Assembly: GCA_009914755.4 (NCBI GenBank)
Contig: CP086569.2
Location: 1 to 64,000, forward strand
From: the human T2T-CHM13v2.0 reference genome, Homo sapiens
DNA length: 64,000 bases
Reading direction: 5' to 3'
Below are positions 54,801-64,000 of this stretch, in pieces (position 1 is the first letter of the stretch; every line of letters starts with the position of its first letter). A model generated the notes under the pieces. The model saw only the letters and a list, made by a program, of their open reading frames with translations. It did not search any database and was not told where the DNA came from. The translations under genes and the position numbers were made by a program.

Positions 54801-57800
54801 CCACCTTTAGAGTCTGCATTGGGCCTGGGTCTCATGGAGGAGAAATAGAGAGCAGACTGTGCAACCTTTAGAGTCTGCATTGGGCCTAGGTCTCATTGAG
54901 GACAGATGGAGAGCAGACTGTGCAACCTTTAGAGTCTGCATTGGGTCTATGTCTCATTGAGGGCAGATAGAGACCAGACTGTGCAACCTTTAGAGTTTGC
55001 ATTGGGCCTAGGTCTCATTGAGGGCAGATAGAGAGCAGACTGTGCCACCTTTAGAGTCTACATTGGGCCTAGGTCTCATTGAGGACAGATAGAGAGCAGA
55101 CTGTGCAACCTTTATAGTCTGCACTGGGCCTAGGTCTCTTTGAGGACAGACAGAGAGCAGACTGTGCAAACTTTAGAGTCTGCACTGGGCCTAGGTGTCA
55201 TTGAGGACAGATAGAGACCAGACTGTGCAACCTTTAGAGTCTGCATTGGGCCTAGGTCTCCTTGAGGTCAGATAGGCAGCAGACTGTGCAACCTTTAGAG
55301 TCTGCATTGGGTCTAGGTCTAATTGCGGACAGATGGAGAGCAGACTATGCAAAGTTTACAGTCTGCATTGGGCCTGGGTCTCATTGAGGACAGATAGAGA
55401 GCAGACTGTGCAACCTTTAGAGTCTCTATTGGGCCTAGGTCTCATTGAGGACAGATAGAGAGCAGACTGTGCAACCTTTAGAGTCTGCATTGGGCCTAGG
55501 TCTCATTGAGGGCAGATAGAGAGCAGGCTCGGCAACCCTTAGAGTCTGCGTTGGGCTTAGATCTCATTGAGGACAGATAGAGAGCATACTATGCAACCTT
55601 TAGAGTCTGCACTGGGCCTAGGTCTCATTGAGGACACATAGAGAGCAGACTGTGGAACCTTTAGAGTCTGCATTGGGCCTATGTCTCAATGAGGACAGTT
55701 AGAGAGCAGACTGTGCAACCTTTAGAGTCTGCATTGGGCCTAGGTCTCATTGAGGACAGATAGAGAGCAGACTGTAGAACCTTTATAGTCTGCATTGGGC
55801 CTAGGTCTCATTGAGGTCAGATAGAGAGCAGACTGTGCAAGCTTTAGAGTCTGCACTTGGCCTAGGTCTCATTGAGGACAGATAGAGAGCAGACTGTGCA
55901 ACCTTTAGAGTCTGCATTGGGCCTAGGTCTTATTGAGGGCAGATAGAGACCAGACTATGCAACGTTTAGAGTCTGCATTGGGCCTAGGTGTCATTGAGGG
56001 CAGTTAGAGAGCAGACTGTGCTACCTTTAGAGTCTGCATTAGGCCTAGGTCTCATTGAGAGCAGATAGAGAGCACACTGTGCAAACTTTAGAGTCGGCAT
56101 TGGGCCTAGGTCTCATTGAGGACAGATAGAGACCGGACTGTGCAACCTTTAGAGTCTGCATTGGGCCTAGGTCTCATTGAGGACAGATAAAGAGCAGACT
56201 AGGCAACCATTAGAGTCGGCACTGGTCCTAAGTCTCATTGAGGACAGATATAGAGGAGACTGTGTAACCTTTAGAGTCTGCATTGGGCCTGGGTCTCATT
56301 GAGGACAGATAGCGACCAGACTGTGCAACCTTTAGAGTCTGCATTGGGTCTAGGTCTCATTGAGGGCAGTTAGAGAGCAGACTGTGCCACCTTTAGAGTC
56401 TGCATTGGGCCTAGGTCTCATCGACAGCAGATAGAGAGCACACTGTGCAACCTCTAGAGTCGGCATTGGGCCTAGGTCTCATTGAGGACAGATAGAGACC
56501 AGACTGTTAAAACTTTAGAGTCTGCATTGGGCCTAGGTCTAATTGAGGACAGATAGAGGGCAGACTGTGCAACCTTTAGAGTCTGCATTGGGCCTAGGTC
56601 TCATTGAGGGCAGATAGAGAGCAGGCTCGGGAACCCTTAGAGTCTGCATTGGGCCTAGATCTCATTGAGGACAGATAGAGAGCATACTATGCAACCTTTA
56701 GAGTCTGCATTGGGCCTAGGTCTCATTGAGAGCACATAGAGAGCAGACTGTGCAACCTTTAGAGTCTGCATTGGGCCTATGTCTCATTGAGGACAGTTAG
56801 AGAGCAGGCTGTGCAACCTTTACAGTCTGCATTTGGCCTAGGTCTCATTGAGGACAGAAAGAGACCAGAGTGCGCAAACTTTAGAGTCTGCATTGGGCCT
56901 AGGTCTCATTGAGGACAGATAGAGAGCAGACTGTAGAACCTTTATAGTCTGCATTGGGCCTAGGTCTCATTGAGGTCAGATAGAGAGCAGACTGTGCAAG
57001 CTTTAGAGTCTGCACTTGGCCTAGGTCTCATTGAGGACAGATAGAGAACAGACTGTGCAACCTTTAGAGTCTGCATTGGGCCTAGGTCTCATTGAGGGCA
57101 GTTAGAGAGCAGACTGTGCAACCTTTAGAGTCTGCATTGGGCCTAGGTCTCATTGAGAGCAGATAGAGAGCACACTGTGCAACCTCTAGAGTCGGCATTG
57201 GGCCTAGGTCTCATTGAGGACAGATAGAGACCAGACTGTGCAAACTTTAGAGTCTGCATTGGGCCTAGGTCTCATTGAGGACAGATAGAGGGCAGACTGT
57301 GCAACCTTTAGAGTCTGCATTGAGCCTAGGTCTCATTGAGGACAGATAGAGAGCAGACTGTGCAACCTTTCGAGTCTGCACTGGGCCTAGGTCTCATTGA
57401 GGGCATATAGAGACCATACTGTGCAAACTTTAGAGTCTGCATTGGGTCTAGGTCTCACTGAGGAGAGATAGAGAGCAGACTTTGCAAACTTTAGAGTCTG
57501 CATTAGGTCTAGGTCTCACTGAGGACTGATAGAGAGCAGACTATGCAACTTTAGAGTCTGCACTGGCCCTAGGTCTCATTGAGGACAGATAGAGAGCAGA
57601 CTGCGCAAACTTTAGAGTCTGCATTGGGTCTAGGTCTCATTGAGGACAGATAGAGAGCACACTGTGTAACCTTTAGAGTCTGCATAGAGCCTCGGTCTCA
57701 TTGAGGACCGATAGAGAGCAGACTGTGCCACCTTTAGAGTCTGCATTGGGCCTGGGTCTCACTGAGGAGAAATAGAGAGCAGACTGTGCAACCTTTAGAG

Positions 57801-60800
57801 TCTGCATTGGGCCTAGGTCTCATTGAGGACAGATGGAGAGCAGACTGTGCAACCTTTAGAGTCTGCATTGGGCCTAGGTCTCATTGAGGGCAGATAGAGA
57901 GCAGACTGTGCAACCTTTAGAGTCTGCATTGGGCCTAGGTCTCATTGAGAGCAGATAGAGAGCATACTGTGCAACCTTTAGAGTCGGCATTGGGCCTAGG
58001 TCTCATTGAGGACAGATAGAGACCAGACTGTGCAACCTTTAGAGTCTGCATTGGGCCTAGGTCTCATTGAGGACAGATAGAGAGCAGACTATGCAACCAT
58101 TAGAGTCGACACTGGTCCTAGGTCTCATTGAGGACAGATATAGAGCAGACTGTGCAACCTTTAGAGTCTGCATTGTGCATGGGTCTCATTGAGGACAGAT
58201 AGAGAGCAGACTAGGCAACCATTAGAGTCGACACTGGTCCTAGGTCTAATTGAGGACAGATATAGTGCAGACTGTGCAACCTTTAGAGTCTGCATTGGGC
58301 CTGGGTCTCATTGAGGACAGATAGAGACCAGACTGTGCAACCTTTAGAGTCTGCACTGGGCCTAGGTCTCATTGAGGACAGATAGAGGGCAGACTGTGCA
58401 ACCTTTAGAGTCTGCATTGGGCCTAGGTCTCATTGAGGACAGATAGAGAGCAGACTGTGCAACCTTTAGAGTCTGCACTGGGCCTAGGTCTCATTGAGGG
58501 CAGATAGAGACCATACTGTGCAACCTTTAGAATCTGCATTGGGTCTAGGTCTCACTGAGGAGAGATAGAGAGCAGACTTTGCAAACTTTAGAGTCTGCAT
58601 TGGGTCTAGGTCTCACTGAGGACTGATAGAGAGCAGACTATGCAACCTTTAGAGTCTGCACTGGCACTAGGTCTCATTGAGGACAGATACAGAGCAGACT
58701 GCGCAAACTTTAGAGTCTGCATTGGGCCTAGGTCTCATTGAGGACAGATAGAGAGCACACTGTGTAACCTTTAGAGTCTGCATAGGGCCTCGGTCTCTAT
58801 GAGGACCGATAGAGAGCAGACTGTGCAACCTTTAGAGTCTGCATTGGGCCTGGGTCTCATTGAGGACAAATAGAGAGCAGACTGTGCAACCTTTAGAGTC
58901 TGCATTGGGCCTAGGTCTCATTGAGGAGAGATGGAGAGCAGACTGTGCAACCTTTAGAGTCTGCATTGGGCCTAGGTCTCATTGAGAGCAGATAGAGAGC
59001 AGAGTGTGCAACCTTTAGAGTCTGCATTGGGCCTAGGTCTCATTGAGGGCAGATAGAGACCAGACTGTGCAACCTTTAGAGTCTGCATTGGGCCTAGGTC
59101 TCATTGAGAGCAGATAGAGAGCAGACTGTGCAACCTTTAGAGTCTGCATTGAGCCTAGGTCTCATTGAGGAGAGATAGAGAGCAGACTGTGCAACCTTTA
59201 GAGTCTGCATTGGGCCTAGGTCTCATTGAGGACAGATGGAGAGCACACTGTGCAACCTTTAGAGTCCGCATTGGGCCTAGGTGTCATTGAGGACAGATAG
59301 AGACCAGACTGTGCAACCTTTAGAGTCTGCATTGGGCCTAGGTCTCCTTGAGGTCAGATAGACAGCAGACTCTGCAACCTTTAGAGTCTGCATTGGGCCT
59401 AGGTCTAATTGCGGACAGATAGACAGCAGACTGTGCAACGTTTAGAGTCTGCATTGGGCCTAGGTCTAATTGCGGACAGATAGAGAGCAGACTATGCAAC
59501 GTTTAGAGTCTGCATTGGGCCTGGGTCTCATTGAGGACAGATAGAGAGCAGACTGTGCAACCTTTAGAGTCTCTATTGGGCCTAGGTCTCATTGAGGACA
59601 GATAGGGAGCGGACTGTGCAACCTTTAGAGTCTGCATTGGGCCTAGGTCTCATTGACGGCAGACAGAGAGCAGGCTCGGCAACCCTTAGAGTCTGCATTG
59701 GGCCTAGATCTCATTGAGGACAGATAGAGAGCATACTATGCAACCTTTAGAGTCTGCACTGGGCTTAGTTCTCATTGAGGAAACATAGAGAGCAGACTGT
59801 GCAACCTTTAGAGTCTGCATTAGGCCTATGTCTCATTGAGGACAGTTAGAGAGCAGACTGTGCTACCTTTAGAGTCTGCATTTGGCCTAGGTCTCATTGA
59901 GTACAGAAAGAGACCAGAGTGTGCAACCTTTAGAGTCTGCATTGGGCCTGGGTCTCATTGAGGACAGATAGAGAGGAGACTGTAGAACCTTTATAGTCTG
60001 CATTGGGCCTAGGTCTCATTGAGGTCAGATAGGGAGCAGACTGGGCAAGCTTTAGAGTCTGCACTTGGCCTAGGTCTCATTGAGGACAGATAGAGAACAG
60101 ACTGTGCAACCTTTAGAGTCTGCATTGGGCCTAGGTCTCATTGAGGGCAGTTAGAGAGCAGACTGTGCAACCTTTAGAGTCTGCATTGGGCCTAGGTCTC
60201 ATTGAGAGCAGATAGAGAGCACACTGTGCAACCTCTAGAGTCGGCATTGGGCCTAGGTCTCATTGAGGACAGATAGAGACCAGACTGTGCAAACTTTAGA
60301 GTCTGCATTGGGCCTAGGTCTCATTGAGGACAGATACAGGGCAGACTGTGCAACCTTTAGAGTCTGCATTGGGCCTAGGTCTCATTGAGGTCAGATAGAG
60401 AGCAGACTGTGCAACCTTTAGAGTCTGCACTGGGCCTAGGTCTCATTGAGGGCAGATAGAGACCATACTGTGCAACCTTTAGAGTCTGCATTGGGTCTAG
60501 GTCTCACTGAGGAGAGATAGAGAGCAGACTTTGCAAACTTTAGAGTCTGCATTAGGTCTAGGTCTCACTGAGGACTGATAGAGAGCAGATTATGCAACCT
60601 TTAGAGTCTGCACTGGCCCTAGGTCTCATTGAGGACAGATAGAGAGCAGACTGCGCAAACTTTAGAGTCTGCATTGGGCCTAGGTCTCATTGAGGACAGA
60701 TAGAGAGCACACTGTGTAACCTTTAGAGTCTGCATAGGGCCTCGGTCTCATTGAGGACCGATAGAGAGCAGACTGTGCCACCTTTAGAGTCTGCATTGGG

Positions 60801-63800
60801 CCTGGGTCTCATTGAGGAGAAATAGAGAGCAGACTGTGCAACCTTTAGAGTCTGCATTGGGCCTAGGTCTCATTGAGGACAGATGGAGAGCAGACTGTGC
60901 AACCTTTAGAGTCTGCATTGGGCCTAGGTCTCATTGAGGGCACATAGAGAGCAGACTGTGCAACCTTTAGAGTCTGCATTGGGCCTAGGTCTCATTGAGA
61001 GAAGATAGAGAGCATACAGTGCAACCTTTAGAGTCGGCATTGGGCCTAGGTCTCATTGAGGACAGATAGAGACCAGACTGTGAAACCTTTAGAGTCTGCA
61101 TTGGGCCTAGGTCTCATTGAGGACAGATAGAGAGCAGAGTAGGCAACCATTAGAGTCGGCACTGGTCCTAGGTCTCATTGAGGACAGATATAGAGCAGAC
61201 TGTGCAACCTTTAGAGTCTGCATTGGGCCTGGGTCTCATTGAGGACAGATAGAGAGCAGACTGTGCAACCTTTAGAGGCTGCACTGGGCCTAGGTCTCAT
61301 TGAGGACAGATAGAGGGCAGACTGTGCAACCTTTAGAGTCTGCATTGGGCCTAGGTCTCATTGAGGACCGATAGAGAGCAGACTGTGCAACCTTTAGAGT
61401 CTGCACTGGGCCTAGGTCTCATTGAGGGCAGATAGAGACCATACTGTGCAACCTTTAGAGTCTGCATTGGGCCTAGGTCTCACTGAGGAGAGATAGAGAG
61501 CACACTGTGTAACCTTTAGAGACTGCATAGGGCCTCGGTCTCATTGAGGACCGATAGAGAGCAGACTGTGCCACCTTTAGAGTCTGCATTGGGCCTGGGT
61601 CTCATTGAGGACAAATAGAGAGCAGACTGTGCAACCTTTAGAGTCTGCATTGGGCCTAGGTCTCATTGAGGACAGATGGAGAGCAGACTGTGCAACCTAT
61701 AGAGTCTGCATTGGGCCTAGGTCTCATTGAGGACAGATGGAAAGCAGACTGTGCAACCTTTAGAGTCTGCATTGGACCTAGGTCTCATTGAGGACAGATA
61801 GAGAGCAGACTATGCAAACTTTAGAGGCTGGACTGAGCCTAGGTCTCATTGAGGACAGATAGAGAGCAGACTGTGCAACCTTTACAGTCTGCATTGGGCC
61901 TGGGCCTCATTCAGGACAGATAGAGACCAGACTGCGCAACCTTTAGAGTCTGCATTGGGCCTAGGTCTCATTGAGAGTAGATAGAGAGCAGACTGTGCAA
62001 CCTTTAGAGTCTACATTGGGCCTAGGTCTCATTGAGGGCAGATAGAGAGCAGACTGTGCAACCTTTAGAGTCTGCACTTGGCCTAGGTCTCATTGAGGAC
62101 ACATAGAGAGCAGACTGTGCAACCTTTAGAGTCTGCATTGGGCCTAGGTCTCGTTGAGGGCAGATAGAGAGCAGACTGTGCAAACTTTAGAGTTTGCATT
62201 GGGCCTAGGTCTCATTGAGGAGAGATAGAGAGCAGACTGTGCAACCTTTAGAGTCTGCATTGGGCCTAGGTCTCATTGAGGACAGATGGAGAGCACACTG
62301 TGCAACCTTTAGAGTCCGCATTGGGCCTAGGTCTCATTGAGGACAGATAGAGACCAGACTGTGCAACCTTTAGTGTTTGCATTGGGCCTAGGTCTCATTG
62401 AGGGCAGATAGAGAGCAGAATGTGCAACCCTTAGAGTCTGCATTGGGCCTAGGTCTCATTGAGGACAGATAGAGAGCAGACTGTGCAACCTTTAGAGTCT
62501 GCACTGGGCCTAGGTCTCTTTGAGGACAGACAGAGAGCAGACTGTGCAAACTTTAGAGTCTGCACTGGGCCTAGGTCTCATTGAGGACACATAGAGAGCA
62601 GACTGTGCAACCTTTAGAGTCTGCATTGGGCCTATGTCTCATTGAGGACAGTTAGAGAGCAGACTGTGCAAACTTTAGAGTCTGCATTTGGCCTACGTCT
62701 CATTGAGGACAAAAAGAGACCAGAGTGTGCAACCTTTAGAGTCGGCATTGGGACTCGGTCTCATTGAGGACAGATAGAGAGCAGACTGTAGAACCTTCAT
62801 AGTCTGCATTGGGCCTAGGTCTCATTGAGGTCAGATAGAGAGCAGACTGTGCAAGCTTTAGAGTCTGCACTTGGCCTAGGTCTCATTGAGGACAGATAGA
62901 GAGCAGACTGTGCAAACTTTAGAGTCTGCATTGGGCCTAGGTCTCATTGAGGGCAGATAGAGACCAGACTATGCAACGTTTAGAGTCTGCATTGGGCCTA
63001 GGTGTCATTGAGGGCAGTTAGAGAGCAGACTGTGCAACCTTTAGAATCTGCATTGGGCCTAGGTCTCATTGAGAGCAGATAGAGAGCACACTGTGCAAAC
63101 TTTAGAGTCGGCATTGGGCCTAGGTCTCATTGAGGACAGATAGAGACCGGACTGTGCAACCTTTAGAGTCTGCATTGGGCCTAGGTCTCATTGAGGACAG
63201 ATAGAGAGCACACTAGGCAACCATTAGAGTCCGCACTGGTCCTAGGTCTCATTGAGGACAGATATAGAGCAGACTGTGCAACCTTTAGAGTCTGCATTGG
63301 GCCTGGGTCTCATTGAGGACAGATAGCGACCAGACTGTACAACCTTTAGAGTCTGCATTGGGCTTAGGTCTCATTGAGGGCAGTTAGAGAGCAGACTGTG
63401 CAACCTTTAGAGTCTGCATTGGGCCTAGGTCTCATTGAGAGCAGATAGAGAGCACACTGTGCAACCTCTAGAGTCGGCATTGGGCCTAGGTCTCATTGAG
63501 GACAGATAGAGACCAGACTGTTGAAACTTTAGAGGCTGCATTGGGCCTAGGTCTCATTGAGGACAGATAGAGGGCAGACTGTGCAACCTTTAGAGTCTGC
63601 AATGGACCTAGGTCTCATTGAGGACAGATACGGAGCAGACTGTGCAAACTTTAAAGTCTGCACTGAGCCTAGGTCTCATTGAGGGCAGATAGAGACCAGA
63701 CTGTGCAACCTTTAGAGTCTGCATTGGGTCTAGGTCTCACTGAGGCGAGATAGAGAGCAGACTTTGCAAACTTTAGAGTCTCCATTGGGTCTAGGTCTCA

Positions 63801-64000
63801 CTGAGGACTGACAGGAGCAGACTATGCAACCTTTAGAGTCTGCACTGGCCCTAGGTCTCATTGAGGACAGATAGAGAGCAGACTGCGCAAACTTTAGAGT
63901 CTGCATTGGGCCTAGGTCTCACTGAGGACAGATAGAGAGCACACTGTGTAACCTTTAGAGTCTGCATAGAGCCTCGGTCTCATTGAGGACAGATAGAGAG
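21825..64000. repeat. Large satellite array with 61-bp monomer. Consensus GCCTAGGTCTCATTGAGGACAGATAGAGAGCAGACTGTGCAACCTTTAGAGTCTGCATTGG. About 690 monomers, more than 42 kb, extending beyond the window end. A 61-bp pseudoautosomal tandem repeat is on record (DXYS20, as I recall).
   Basis: Period 61 measured directly (e.g. 22446 to 22507). Monomers differ at a limited set of positions (ggacag/gggcag/gagcag, agagagc/agagacc, gcaacc/gcaaac, cattggg/cactggg, occasional CpG variants such as gaccgat and gtcggca). Higher-order repeats: exact 240-bp blocks recur at 27491, 34075 and 41574 (offsets 6584 and 7499 bp). Marker ctaattgcggaca recurs at 2.5-5 kb spacings in the first half and at ~13.96 kb spacing in the second half. 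Confidence 0.97.

Noticed and set aside
21825-64000. Possibility that the 61-bp array is a CRISPR array or other prokaryotic repeat system
   Set aside because: All units are homologous monomers with no unique spacers. The context is unambiguously human (telomere hexamers, Alu, L1), with no cas-like ORFs.

Overview
This window is a human chromosome p-arm terminus. I can support no protein-coding gene in it; every ORF in the supplied track lies in a repeat or GC-rich tract and reads as a translation artefact. I find no prokaryotic-style system (no CRISPR, operon or defence island), and the novelty here is structural rather than a new system. Layout from the end inward:

- **Telomere (1-5660).** About 940 CCCTAA units read on the + strand, so the chromosome end is at coordinate 1 and the array probably continues beyond the window. 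The last ~450 bp (5206-5660) carry interspersed CCCTCA (TGAGGG-type) variant repeats.
- **Chromosome identity.** The first ~900 bp inside the telomere contain exact matches to three telomere-length PCR primer sequences I recall for the Xp/Yp telomere (XpYpB2, XpYpE2, XpYpC). I therefore read this as the pseudoautosomal (PAR1) Xp/Yp end. This rests on memory, not a search.
- **Subterminal segment (5661-6089).** An LTR-derived, CpG-depleted stretch with a ~121-bp internal direct duplication, followed by a short ~64-bp tandem repeat (6090-6320).
- **Two tandem copies of a ~3.2-4.3 kb subtelomeric block (7895-11100 and 11940-16210).** Each is led by an LTR-like element and contains, in order: an interstitial telomere-like island in the same orientation as the terminal telomere, an old Alu fragment, a strand-asymmetric GC-rich 31-33-bp minisatellite (C-rich on +; consistent with the PAR1 locus DXYS14), a block of degenerate 12-bp GTGACGGAGAG-type repeats, and a CpG island.
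- **Transposon-rich stretch (11300-21370).** Nested Alu insertions with intact target-site duplications, and an old L1 3' region interrupted by a third copy of the LTR-like element and by Alus.
- **61-bp satellite array (21825 to the window end).** More than 42 kb and ~690 monomers, with multi-level higher-order repeats (~2.5, 3.4, 6.6, 7.5 and ~13.9 kb). A 61-bp pseudoautosomal tandem repeat is on record (DXYS20, as I recall).
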